A stretch of DNA of 57,888 bases, counting the filler, from Jimgerdemannia flammicorona (lineage: Eukaryota), in assembly GCA_003990765.1 (NCBI GenBank). It is 3 parts of 3 records of this genome, joined end to end, with 100 filler letters (N's around TTAATTAATTAA, not from the genome) between each part and the next. Parts side by side here need not be neighbours in the genome. Positions count along the whole stretch, not along the records: positions 19,334 to 38,564 come from RBNJ01001994.1; 2 more parts are not named here. One strand, given 5' to 3'. Shown here in pieces: positions 26,046 to 38,516 of the stretch. Both the position numbers and the translations under genes were made by a program. Within the stretch, counting starts at the first letter, position 1. Each line of letters opens with the position of its first letter. The notes under the pieces are model-generated. The model was not told the origin of the DNA and searched no databases. It worked only from the letters and a program-made list of their open reading frames with translations.

Positions 26046-28174
26046 TCACAAAAACTGTTCCACCCACTGGTCCCAGGCCTTGATGAGCCTATCATCCATT
26101 GTGAGTATGACAACTATTGTATCCGAGCTCTCCTCGAAGGCGATGGTACTATGGTAGTTATATGGTTGGAATAGGATAGCCATGTTGGCTACAAATAGGA
26201 CCCCAAAACCATAGGTGAGGTCATACTAGACTCCACCACTATTCTCCCAGGTTGGGCCCTTCCTTTCCGGGATATAAAACATTATCAGGGTAATATTGTT
26301 GTCTGTGTGTATAGGCAGGGAAAGGTTGCGCCCAATATATCCTAATGTGACATAAGCATACAGTTGGATGAACTCTTGGCCCAGGACCTCATACTGCCAG
26401 GTTGTGCTGGTGGATGCCTGCCCTTGGTCCAGCCCTGGGAGTCTCGGCTTGGAAACCTACCAAAATAGATGGCAACTGGTCAGTCCTTTTTGCATACGGG
26501 GGGGCAGAAACCCCCCAGACTACAGTACCCTGAAAAAGCAGAGCTCCTCACCTCATATGGCATGCTAAATTGCACCAAGAATGTATGTACAGCTGTACCA
26601 AGATCACCACCAAGCTGGTCTGCCATATGCTCTACCAATCTGCTCAAAGAACCCCAGATCATAGCCACCATCACCATACAGGCCATGTTATGCTTACATG
26701 CAGTTTGCTCTTTGACAGCACTTCTAAAGTTCTGATAGAGGTACAGAATCTTGTACATCCCTGGAATTGTATCAAAAAGAGTATGTTGGCGAAGAGTTTG
26801 ATTTATCTGGGGAGGGGTTAAAAAAAAAGGGAGACGAGTGCGGGGGATTTTGGAACTCCAGAACCCACCCTTTGTCAGTGTTGCAGTATACTCAATTCCC
26901 ATCCAAACCCCCCTCCTTGCTTTTTTCGCCCCCTCTTTTCTGCCACCCAGTATTTGATGCAATCCTTGTAAATCTCATTGATATGGTGGTGAAGCTCATT
27001 GCCATAGAGATTCCTTACCACCACCACAACCACCTCTCCACATTTGTTAATAAAGATATAGTTCTCTTCATCGTTGGTTACTCCTACTGGCCAATGGACC
27101 CCTTGGTCAAGTATGATTGGCTCTGATTCGAATGTAGACCCCCAAGCCTTGATGATGATGCTGGTACTGCTCATGCTGAACATCTTGCCCTTGAATTTCT
27201 CTATTTGATCAGATACCAGATGTGGTTGAACTCAGGTAACTTTGAACTCTCCTTTCCAATGGAACTGAGCCCTGATCTGAGGGACTGAGATAAGTATGCA
27301 GATGGGTTGCATGTGGGCAGGTTGCGTGCAGGTGGGTTGCATGCAGGCGGGTTGTGGGCAGGTTGTGTGCAGGTGGGTTACATGTGGGTGAGTTGTGTGT
27401 AGGCGGGTTGTGTACAGGCAGGTTGCATACAGATGTGGGTGTTTTTTAGGAGGAGATCACATAAAAATGAAATTAAATAAAACACAGAGATGGGTATTTC
27501 AGAAAAAGAGTATGAGTGAGTGAGTGAGTGAGCTGCATGCCAATGAGTTGCATGCCAATGAGTTGCATGCTGATGAGTTACACAAGTTGCACAAGATTGC
27601 TCACAAAGGCTTGCTTCTATTCCTTTTGAGACCTCTGCCATGCGATACATTGACTCAACAGCTCAGCTACCAAAGGTATGCCCTGCAACGTCCACCAGCC
27701 TTTCTTCATCTTGACCAGATGTTGCAAATAAAGTTGGCAGATCTCGCCATAGAGCTGTGGACCCTAAGAAAAGTATGAGGTAAATTGGGTCATGCTGGGG
27801 AAGTTTAAATAAATACAAGTAAACAAGTGGCAGCTGAGTGAGCAACCTACATCTACTATTGGCTACTCCAAAAAGGCTGCTGTGTATATAGCTGTGAGGT
27901 CTGTGAATTCTGAGATCTGAAGGGCTACCATGAGTTATTGCCGGAATTCTCCCTCATCCCTGCCATCGCCATCACCATTGCCACTGCCACTGCTGTCATC
28001 CCTTTGGCTCTTGATGAGTAGCTTATGTACTATCTATATGAGAAAGAATCTAATATTGTCAGCAGAGAGTGCGTTTCCACCTTGAATACTCCCTCTTTTG
28101 ATGATCATTGCAGAGTGAAAAATGAGTAGACTGGACCAACATATGAATTAAGGGCTGCTGTTTTGTTTGCTCAT
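26046..28174 (-). pseudogene. hAT-borne, intron-containing putative 2OG-Fe(II) dioxygenase, TET/JBP-like; a few nonsense transitions
   Basis: Phase-0 exons ~27276-26869, 26806-26552 and 26456-26046; upstream exons and start are tentative. Last exon: YVTLGYIGRNLSLPIHTDNNITLIMFY...ENSGGV*YDLTYGFGVLFVANMAILFQPYNYHSTIAF...IVVILTMDDRLIKAW, with HxD at 26309-26301 and a distal H at 26153-26151. Confidence 0.6.
27298..27600. repeat. Short 10-15-bp tandem repeats (gcaggttgtg; atgagttgcatgcca), probably in an intron of the cargo gene
   Basis: Direct inspection. Confidence 0.7.
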
Positions 28175-28319
28175 AATGCAGCAGGAAAGAATAAAGAAAA
28201 AGAACAAAGAAAAGAACAAAAGAAGAGAGAGAGCAAAAGAAAAGGGTGATGTCACCAAAGTGTGGTAGGAAAAAAAAAACAAGAGTGAAATGAACAAAAG
28301 AAAGAGTGATATCACCAAA

Positions 28320-28560
28320 GATTTCAATCCAGATAGATCAATCTGGATGGACCAATCTGGATGGACCAATCTGGATGGACCAATCCAGATGGACCAATCC
28401 AGATGGACCAATCCGGATCAATCCGGATGGATTAATTCAGATGGATCAATCCAGATCAATCTGGATCAATTCAGATCAGATCACGAGACCAATCTGAGTT
28501 GATTCGAATCCATCACATGACGAATCTGAATTGAATCTCATCCAGATCAACTCCATCCAT
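28320..28560. repeat. Right subterminal repeat array of the hAT
   Basis: 14-bp (atggaccaatcYRg)n and related GATCC/GATTC units. Confidence 0.85.
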
Positions 28561-29149
28561 TCGGAGCACTAGTTGTAGTACTTCTTCTGATATTCTTGTA
28601 TTTTGGCAGTAGGTTCTCATACTTACTGGCATATTTTGTATAACCAGGTGATCTCTTCAGTAACTTGTTTTGTAGTCTTGTATGTGGTTTCTGAATTAGT
28701 TCTGAGGGTAATATGTAATTTTAGTGGCTTAGAGGTTGTGCACTTACAACTCTCTCCTTCTTAGTTTTTGATGTTCTCATTGAGGCCTTCTAGTTTGATC
28801 TAGTGTTGTTGTATCATTTGAATGGTTCTTGTGGCTGTGTTTGTTGAGAATTTTTTCAACTTTGTATTCTTCTTAATCATTAATAATGACAGATACAGGT
28901 GGTTTTATAGTTCAGTTCAGAAATATGTCTAGGACTTTCTGGAGTAGAGGTCTGACATAGCTGTCAACTTTGAGAAAGTCTTCTTCAGAGTTCTTGGGTT
29001 CTTCTTTGGATGGTCAGATGGAGATAGCAAAGAGAGAGCATTTTTTGGCTAATTTCTTGAGTTGTAGCTTATTGATATAGATGATCTTTGAGTCAGAATT
29101 ACTAGAACTGAGTGGGTCTTTCTTGCCTTGTAGTTTGAAATTGTAGCAT

Positions 29150-29500
29150 CCCTTCTTAATAGTCAGAGAGTGGTTTACCCAATCAATCATAAAGTTCTCC
29201 TGTTTTAACTATGGGGTCCTAAGGATGATTTCATTGTCAGGAAGTAGTATAATCTGAAGAATAATATGTACTTAGTAGTCACCAATTCAGAAGGGTAGAT
29301 TGCAGACTTTCTTGCTAATGATATGAGAGGTTTCATTAGCTGTGACAACTGCTTGAGTTTGTTGTACTGAAGAGATCAGAACTTTGAGTCTGTTGGCTGT
29401 TTCTTTATTGATAAAGTTGTCTGAGACACTACTGTCTATTATAATCTTAACAGGTACTCAATTGACAAAAACTTGAAGTATAAGCAGTTTGTCTGATCCA
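29150..29500 (-). pseudogene. Retropepsin (gypsy protease) remnant
   Basis: VKIIIDSSVSDNFIN (decayed DSG motif) and IILRTP*LKQENFMIDW (consensus ILG.PWL..hNP.IDW). Confidence 0.8.
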
Positions 29501-29689
29501 ATAGTGATAATTTTAGTTGTAAGAGCTTTCCTTCTGTTGGTTCTTCTTTGGATCAGTTTGTTGATATAAGAGAAGTAATTATTGATTATTTAGGAAGAGT
29601 ACATTCCAATACCATAGAGGCATCAGCCATTTGGTACATATCTATCTTCAATTTTCTTGTAGAATTATTCTTCTTTACTTGTAGTAGGT

Positions 29690-30120
29690 TGGGCTAGAGC
29701 CTTGTTTAATGAGCCAAATCCTTTGAATTCTTGGATGGTAGGTAGTAGTTCAGAGACTTCCTTGACTGTCAGAGTTGACTTGATTTTTTCAAATAGAATC
29801 TGGGTAATATAGAAATCAATGGGGATCTTGAAGAGTATCCAACTATAGTTTTGGATAAGAACAATAATTTCACCAGTATAATCCTCATCAATGACTCCTC
29901 CTTCTACTGAGAGTTCTTTCAATACTAAGCTACTGCAACAGTATATTCTTCTAATATATCTTTCAGGAATTTGAATGCTAATCTCTATATAGACTTGCTT
30001 GACTTCTCAGTTGGAAACAATAGCTTCTTCAGCTATATATAAGTCATAACTAGCTGTTTTTTGACTTTCTTTGATTGGGGCCTTGGCAGTTTGTCTTAAC
30101 TTAACAAAGTCCAATATCTT
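29690..30120 (-). pseudogene. dUTPase domain of the LTR element
   Basis: VKL...AKAP...ASYDLY (motif 1), GGVIDEDYTGEIIV (motif 3), ITQI (motif 4), PTIQEFKGFGS (motif 5). Confidence 0.9.
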
Positions 30121-30184
30121 GGTAATCAGATTGTTGAGGTGATATAAAGTGGTAACAGTTGCTCATATTGCTATTCAGGGTTTA

Positions 30185-31700
30185 TGGTTAGAGCAGGCAC
30201 TGGCTATATGTCCTGTCTTTCAGCAATAGAAGCATGCTCTACTTCTTTGAAGTTCATTTCTTTCTCCTTTAGTGAGTTTCTTAAAGGTACTCAGCTGGGT
30301 AGATTCATGATTTCAGAGTATCCAAGAGGTGGATATAGAGAGAGCTTAGGATGCTTTATACTTAGATTTCTCTTTCTTGATCCAAGTCTTTTCCTTGTTA
30401 AATTATCTTTAAGGCAGAATTGATCCAGCTGTTAGGATTTACTTAATCATAGTCTTAATTCTTGTTAGATACCATTATTGGTAATCACAACCAACTGGAC
30501 ATCCTTGTTCTCAGATTTTTCTTGTAAGCCATTTAGGCAGTGCATTAAATAAATAGTCTGCTCTTATACTATTTCATACTTTATCATTGGCAATATATCC
30601 TATGCCAATAGTGTTCAGGAGTGACTCAAGTTTTGTACAGAAGGTTTCAAATTCCTTCTTGCTATTTATATCAAATTTGAGGTTGCAGAGTTTTACTCAA
30701 GATTTAGCAATCAGAGTTTTTCTATAATATTGAACAATTATGAGTTGTTTGAGTCTAGGAGCTATAGGATGGGCTCTATATTCTAGAGCATTATTTGCTG
30801 CATTTTGGGCAACCACTGTAGGTTGGGTATCCCATATGAGGGATTTTTCAGAAAGGGTTCACCACTATTCTTCAGTGAGTTCTTGAAAGAATATAACAAC
30901 TTGACAGATATAGGCCATAGTAGTAGCAAAGAGTTGTTCCAAAGTATGGTCTTGATTGTTTGTCAGAAAGCAGTTAGCAACTTGCTCATTGATCTATTAG
31001 TTGACTTTGAAGTTGGTATCAACTATACTAATAAAGCTTTGGACTTCTTGTATAGTACTATTGAAGGTATATAGACTCAGATTTTTTGTTGATTGAGTCT
31101 GTTCAGCTAAGGTAGTAATGGTTGCTGCCATTATTGCTACCTGGGCTATAAGATCTAGAATTTGTTGATTTGCCATATTGTTTACTGGAGGCAGTTGGAC
31201 TACTGGTAATAGTGTTACTGATATAACTTGAGATACTGATACAGAGTGTGATGGTATTCTTTGAGTCTATATAAGTTGCTAGAGTAATAGTTGTGGGTCT
31301 GGAGTAAGGGCTCAGTAGATAGCTGTCTGTTACTATATAGATATATTCTGTCCTGATGGAGGTACATCTCCTTTGGTAGTATATCCAGGATCAAATTCAC
31401 TGAGATACTTCTTCTTCTCTTCAGTTTGGTCCCCTGTAATTGAGTTTGCTTGACATCAAAGTAGACAGAATCAGTTATATATCAGATTTCAGATAGACTT
31501 AATTTAAAGTCAGGTTCTGATTCAATATTGATCTTGGTTTCAGGTAGAGTTGTAGCTAGGCCTGCTTCTGACTCAGGGTCAGATTGTTGACAAACAGTTT
31601 CTCTTACTTCTTCTTTAAGAATATAGTGGGCCTTGCAATTCTGGAAGTAGTAGTATAAGGCAGTCTTAGTTCTTATATAGTGAAAGTTAGTAGAGTTGAG
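30185..31700 (-). pseudogene. Gag remnant with a CCHC zinc knuckle
   Basis: EKERNELQRSRACFYC*KTGHIASAC at ~30270-30194; upstream limit approximate. Confidence 0.75.
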
Positions 31701-34700
31701 CCACTTAGCTATAGAGGCTTGGGCTTTATAAAGAACTAAGGCTAGAAAGACTGCTGCTAGTTGTCAAATTTGTGGAGCTGACAAAACTCTTATTGAGAAG
31801 AGTAAAGAAGGCTTCTATAAGACCTTCTTTATCTTAACTTGCAGAGTGTAGGGCAAGAAGTTCAGTATATAGAGTTTTATCTATTTGCTGATTTAATTGG
31901 AGTACTTCTTTCTTTGAATGAAGTCTATCTCACTTGTTATAGGTATGGAGGTCAAATTGTCCTTATATATCAGGTTCAATTTTCTCCAGATTGTTAGATA
32001 GTTTGGAATAAATTCCAGTTCAGAAGTTGGGCTTTATATCAACTTGTAGGAATTCTCAGAGGGATTTGTAGTAGAGTGAGGAAGTGTCTTGAAGCAGAAT
32101 TAGATTATAAACTACTACTACCAAGTTATAAGATGATTACTTATTATGATAACTGTTATGTAGTTCTGAAAGAGTTTTCTGGAAGTTCTGGATATTCTGG
32201 AAGACTGTTTTCTTAAGATCAAGATCAATTTTATATAGAGTACATCCTCTATACTTATTGATTTTAAAATCAGATTGATGTCTCAACCAAAGTCTTTTTT
32301 TGGACTAGTTCTGGATGTTCAGGATTTTCTATATTTCAAGAAGTTCAAAAAACTAAGACCAGCTTAGTTTAATTGGTGTATCACTGCAGACAATACCCAA
32401 TTAGAAAATTTCATGATGTAATTAGAAGTGAGACCTAATGGGGTTCAGTTTTACTTAAGAGTGGTTTGTGGGTTATTAAATAGATTTATTTGTTATTTAT
32501 GATATTGCTATACTAGGAGTAGTTGTGTGAAGGGATATTGTGGAGAAGTGTTTAGAAGTTATGTTCAGATTATTTAAGTCTGAGATTCTGAGGTCTGGAG
32601 GAGGGGGTATTTATACTAGTGAGAGGTTATCTGGGCTAAGCTAAATATAAATATAGCACTTAGTATCTTATTGAGTCAGAATGCAGTCATATAGTACAAG
32701 TGTGATCTGATATGTCAAGAGATCATCTGGCTGCTGAGTTAGTTTACAGTTATATTATATAAGACTAATTTAACTATACTAATAACTGCTAAGCTATTTA
32801 TAGATTTAGATATTGTCTGGGTAGTCTTTGATGACATCACTATTGATGACATTATCTCTAATAAAGTCTGAGTAGTTTTCTGACTTCTGATCTCATTAGT
32901 TTCAAAGATGTTGTTATCTCTGTCTCTTGTAAAATTAAGACTATTCTCAGTGATGGTGGTTGTACAAGAATAACAGGTCTTGGTTCTCTTTTTTTTTAGA
33001 CTACTGGTATATTTGTAAGGATTGGCCATTCTTGTCTAGGGCAAGAGCTCTCATTGTTATGGCTGGGGGTTCAAACCTCTCAGAAATGATATTTTCTATA
33101 ATCTGAGGCAATTTCTAGTAGTAATATCTGTCACATAGATGGGCTTGAGATTGGTTTTGATAATGTCAGCTTTCTTGAGTTCAGATGAAGTATCTGTTAT
33201 TCTCTAATAGAGATGATACAGATAGAGTAAATGGAGTTGTTTAAATACATTTGCTTCTGCTAAGTAATGAGGTTTTATATAGTTGCAGTATATCTTAGTC
33301 TTGAGTTGATAAGTGTGATTCATGAACCTTTGATGAATGAGATAAGATCCTTCTCATCTTAGTTTGAGTTTGGTACTTTAGTTTCTTTTTATAATAGTAT
33401 AGTATACCAAAACTAATTATAGAGGTTTAGGGTTAGTTTTATAGTTGTAGTACTTCTTCTAATATTCTTATATCTTGACAGTAGGTTCTCATGCTTGCTG
33501 GTATATTTTGTATAACCAGGTGATCTCTTCAGTAACTTGTTTTGTAGTCTTATATATAGTTTCTGAATTGGTTCTGAGGGTGACATGTGATTTTAGTGAC
33601 TTAGAGATTATGTACTTACAGAGATACCAAGTACTTTGTCAGAAGATAGGGGGGTTGGCAGTGATAGAAGAGGAGGCATGGTACAGTCAGGGGGGAAGCA
33701 GATGAGCTTTACTAAGAAGGTCAAGCAAGGGGATCTGGTGGCTGGACTAGATGAATGGCTATAGAGTGATAAGAAGAAGGCTGCTGCTGAGAGGTCAGAA
33801 GGAGCTCTCTTAGGGGTGTTGAGTGAAAGGGCTGGTGGAGTAGTGGCTGAGAGTATGACTGCTGATAGAGTGGTGACTAGCAATCTGGAAAAAAATCCAG
33901 ATTGACTACTGATGGTGGGGCTGGAAAGATAGAGTCTGGGTGGAGGAGAGACCTTGCAGATAGTATAACAGGCCTGGTGGTAGCTCTGTTACTCAAGAAG
34001 TCAATTTTGGAGTTTGCAGTTACTTTGTACTTCTGAGGCTTAGTAGTGATGGAAAAAATAGTCTTGGGGCTGATTGCTAAGTAAATGGAGGGTATAGTGT
34101 CTATGAAGTTCTTGAGAAGTTTGGAAGAAGTAAAGATAGCTGGTAAGGTGGCAGGAAGGCAGAGGAGAAAGAGAGTATCCTGGGCTTCTACTAGATTGGC
34201 TAGGCTTTTGGAAAATTGGACAGGTCTTTTGGCCCTAGAGGGGGTAGAGGACTGGAGATTGATGCAGGTTAAGCTGGAGGTAGTAGAGTTATAGCAGGTG
34301 TTGAGAGAGGAAGAGGAGATATAGATGCAGAGTTTGGCTGTACAATTATACTGACAGGAGCTAGAGGAGAGAGAGAGACCCTCTAAGTATCTTTCAAGGA
34401 TCCTTTGGATAAGGAGAGTGAGGTAGAGATGGGAGGGGGTACTGGATTCTGATAGGCTACTAGTGTACAGTCTACAAGACATTCTAGGTTCATTAAAGGA
34501 GAGATAGAGTGATTTGTAGAGTAAGGAGGAGGGTGGGGCTGATGCTGCTGCTATTGAACATACTTTGGAGAATTGGTACCCACTACATATAGATGGGCTA
34601 GACAGCTTGGTGATATTGGTACAGAAGGAGAAAATTTACCAGGTTCTTGCTATAACTATACTAGATATGGTACCAGAAGAGGATGGTCTGCTCTGGGACT

Positions 34701-37499
34701 TTTAGAAGAAGATGATTAGAATTTCTAGAGTGCTGGGAGAGATGATAGTGCTTTGTGACTTGGTACTATAGTCAGGGAGGTGGGTGGGTGAGTAATATCT
34801 GGGGCTAGTGGCATTACTTTATAAGAACAAGAGCAGAAGGGAGTACTGGAAGAACTGGTGGCCTATCATACTTCTGGATATGGACAGAAAGTTGGTCACT
34901 AAGGTGGTGGTGGCAAGACTGTAGAAGATGGCCCAGCAAGTCTTGGGTGAGGAGCAGTAAGGTTTTGTAGGAGGCTGGCTCATTAGGGATGATATGGCTT
35001 AGGTGCATGATATCATTGAAGAGACTCAAGCCTGTGGACTGAATGGAAGATTGGTCTTCTTGGATTAGAAAAAGGTATATGATTATATTTAGTAGGTCTG
35101 GTTGGTGAAGATACTGGATAGGATTGGTATCCCTCAGTAGTTCTGAGTGACAATGATCAGCCTACTAGAAGGGAGTAGAGCAGTGCTTATATATAATGGG
35201 TATTGAGGGGTAGTATTTTCTCTGGGTAGGAGTATTCCTTTTATTTTGTATACTCTATCCTTGGAGCTATTGATAGATAGGATTTAGTGAAAGGTAGTGG
35301 GGTTCTTAGTATTTAGCATTGTGTAGAAAGTTGAGGCCTTTGCAGATAATATAGTAGTTAGTCTGGGATCAGTTGCAAATGTTAAAAAACTCCAGAAAAT
35401 GGTGCAGTAGTATGAGGTATACTCTGGGGCTAAACTCAACTGACATAAGTATGAAATGATGGTATTGGGTAATGGTCTGGTGGGAGGAGATGTCATTGGA
35501 ACAATTGTCTCTACTAGAGAGGCTGTGAGATACTTGGACATCTATCTTTCAATATATAGGTCAGTCCTACCAAGATCTTGATAGAAGCAGCAGGTGACTA
35601 TTTGGGGAGAGGCCCTGAGGAGCTAGGGAGGCCACCACTTGTCTTTGGTGGGATATGTTTCAATTTTGAATGTCTACTGGCTACTAAAGCTATAGTATTT
35701 GATATATAATCTAGACTTTTCTGCCTGAGTGGTGAAGAGGCTATTGAAGCTGGCCAAAGGTTAGATCTGGGCTGGGAGGAGGAGTCAGATTAGTTGAGAA
35801 ATCTTGTCATTACCAGTGGCTAGAGGAGGTCTTGGGCTGGTTGACTTTCCAAAGAGGCTGCATTGTCTGAGAGTATAGTGGCTGAAGAGATCTGTAGAAC
35901 TGAGGGGTGGTAGCTGGGTTCCTCTGATAAAGAAGGTCTGGGAGATGAGATATTCATCAAGAGGCTTTACAGAAGATCTACTATTCTTGGTTTGGCTTCC
36001 AAATAGTGGGTGCATGTGGTATAAGAGCTTCTGGTGTAGAGTAGTTGGTGAGGCACACTATATCAGTATTTGTTAGCAAGGGGCTGAAGAAGAGATACTT
36101 TGGGGTCTGATGATATAGAGATAGGATTGAGTATTTTTGAGAGATACTCTTCTGATTGACTTCAATATTGGTGATAGGGTTGAGTACCAGAGGGGGTTAG
36201 GACAGGATGTTTGGCCTAGTGGTTGACAGATAGTGGGTATTGGAGAAGAGTGGGACTAGAATGGGATCTGGGCCTAGAGTGTGAAGATATAGTAATAGAT
36301 ATCACTTAAGTACTGAGTGGTTTGGTAGTACATACTATAGAGGAATATTATACTCAACTTTCACTCAGGTCATCTGGTAGAGAGGAGTAACTTTGACTGT
36401 GAGGAGTATTATAATGTAGGACAGAAAAGGAGATTTGTGCAGATACCAGAATATTGGCTGAGAGAGTGTGAGGTACTAGCAACTTTTGGTTAGTAGTTGG
36501 GAATTGATTGGGTATTGTGAGAAGGAGAGATAGTGAGAGGAGATGATGGGAGGATCTGAGAGATAGATTGTTAAGGAGGATTGAAAAGAAGTAGCTTACT
36601 ATAGATTGGGTTTTGGCTGTATAGATGGAGCTAGTGGGATACTGATTGTTTGTTTTTAAGGAAGAGAGATTTTTGAGATTGAGGAGTGGCTATTGTGGTG
36701 GGAAGGGTTGATGGAGGACATCTTGATAGGCTGGTGGCTAGGATGGAGTCTATAGGACAGTTGGAGACATTATTTGATAGAGAAAATTTGTGGACAGAGC
36801 AGAGAGAGAGTTGGTATAGTGGGTGGTAGGGTGGTGTTTAAGTGAGAAAGTATGGGGGGGGCCTCCCCTAGGAGGATTGAGTAGTGGGAGGAGATACTAT
36901 ATTTTTATTTAATAGACTAGTAATAAATAGCAAAGTCCAAGTAACTATAAAATATATATCTATCTAATTTTAATATTCTTGATATCATTAGAAAAGCCTC
37001 TTTAAGAGCTTTCAAATGATACCATAATTATCATAATTGGATGATTTTTCATCAAGTTATTAATATAAATATTTAATTATCTAATTTGGAAATCAAAACA
37101 ATGATATTGATATATTGAATTCTCTTCAAATTATACTATCTATAAGCTACTTTGAATCAATCCAGATTGGCTCATTCAGAGTACTAATATCTATATTATA
37201 GTAATAATTAACCATATCTTTCAGAAGATGGCTGATTTGATAGTAGTTTGAGATTTGTCTGATTCAATAGGTCTTACTAAGCATGTTTCAGGGCATTCTA
37301 TCAGGCTTCTATAAAATAGAGGAGTATTAGGCTATAGATATTTATGAGAGACAAGAGCTCTGTGGTCTGATTGATAATAATATTACAAATGTCAGTATAG
37401 GTATATTTGTAGACTTCAGTAGTCATAGCTGGATATATATTTGAGAGTTATAGTTATTGTTTAGTTTGTTATGGTTCTCTGTTTTGGTATATCATATGT

Positions 37500-38516
37500 C
37501 TGGTATATATGCTTTTAATCTTGATTAGTGAAGTTCTATTTTCATACATCTTATATTCTGTAACTTTGAGTTAACTCAGCTTCATAATCTGTAACTTTAG
37601 TTTGACTTAGCTTAGAATTTTTTATCAATATCAAAAGTTTTTTCTCAGTAGTATATACTAATTGACATACTGAGATTATTAATTTTGAGCTTAAGCTAGA
37701 TTCTCAATTATAATTTGGCTCAAGTTGCATATTTAGAGAAGAAATTCTTTAATAGCTTTAATAGTAAAGAGTTTATCTATAGTTCTAATAAGAGTCAGAG
37801 AGGTGTTTGGATTTTATTCTATATTGATAAAGAATGAGATCATTTTAAGGAAGTTTGTTTGTTGTTATTATAGATAAACTCAACTATAGTAAGATGTTTA
37901 TACTAATTATCTTATCTATAGAAAATATAGTTTCTTAACATTTGCTCTAGAGTCCAGTTTATTCTTTCAGTTTAGCTATTAGTTTTAGGGTAAAAAGCTA
38001 TAGATAGTATTAGTTTTGTTCCAAGGTATAAGTATAGAGCTTTCCAAAAATAGCTAGTAAATTTCATATCTTAGTCACTAATAATGATCATAGAAAGACT
38101 ATGATAGTAGAAGATATTATTAAACAGAAGAGTAGCAATTTTAGGTACTATTATAGTAGTAGATATGAAGTAGGTTTGTTTGCTGAGATAATCAATGAAG
38201 ATAATAATTGTATCTTTTCTGTTCTTAGTTCATAATAGTTATATATCCAATTGGCAGAAAGTACTGAAATAGGATAAAGTAGTTCAGATTTTATTAGAGT
38301 TAAGAACTTGTTACATTAGCAGATATTACAAGAAGTAATATAAATCTTCAACTAGTCTGTCATATAGGGCCAATAGAAGTTTTGGAAGATAACTTCATAG
38401 TATTTATTAAATTCTAGATATCTGGCTATAAGAGAATGATGACATTCAAACAGAATAGTTCTTTAGAAATCTTAATTATTAGAAACATACAATCTATTCT
38501 TATAATAGATAGTATT

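Larger units (their letters stand above)
22061..28571 (+). mobile_element. 6.5-kb hAT DNA transposon with a cargo gene
   Basis: TIRs TAGTGCTCTGAATG and CATTCGGAGCACTA. 8-bp TSD GTTATAGT (22053-22060) / GTTGTAGT (28572-28579); the empty site is visible in the other LTR at ~33444. Subterminal repeat arrays at both ends. Confidence 0.95.
20738..33620 (-). mobile_element. Complete non-autonomous Ty3/gypsy-type LTR retrotransposon (gag-dUTPase-protease only)
   Basis: 5' LTR 33620-32127 and 3' LTR 28748-20738 (interrupted by the hAT), ~1.5 kb each, starting TGTAAG and ending CTTATA. Perfect 5-bp TSD GAGAT at 20733-20737 and 33621-33625. PBS-like TGG at 32123, PPT AAGAAGGAGAGAG at ~28762-28750, TATAAATA inside each LTR. 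Confidence 0.92.
20670..36951 (+). mobile_element. LINE copy A (L1/Tx1-like), heavily mutated, internally deleted, interrupted near its 5' end by the LTR element; body at 33626-36951
   Basis: ORF1 piece (NLEKNP...) is joined near 34115 to ORF2 RT remnants (WKNW.PIILLDMDRKLVTK, LVFLD*KKVYD, AFADN, GGLGLVDF). The 3' end AATAAA...ccaagtaactataaaa matches copy B. The 5' boundary is approximate. Confidence 0.8.
20292..37186. mobile_element. hAT-related MITE with ~170-225-bp inverted arms, split by later insertions
   Basis: 20292-20462 is the reverse complement of ~36961-37186. The ends TAGTGCTCTAAATAAG and CTCATTCAGAGTACTA resemble the TIR of the hAT at 22061. No clean TSD. Confidence 0.7.

Noticed and set aside
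22061..28571. Higher residual CpG in the hAT as proof that the cargo protects it
   Set aside because: It is the youngest layer of the nest, and LINE F also retains CpGs, so age alone explains it.
32739..33029. ORF inside the LTR
   Set aside because: Interrupted in the other LTR copy and has no recognisable motif.
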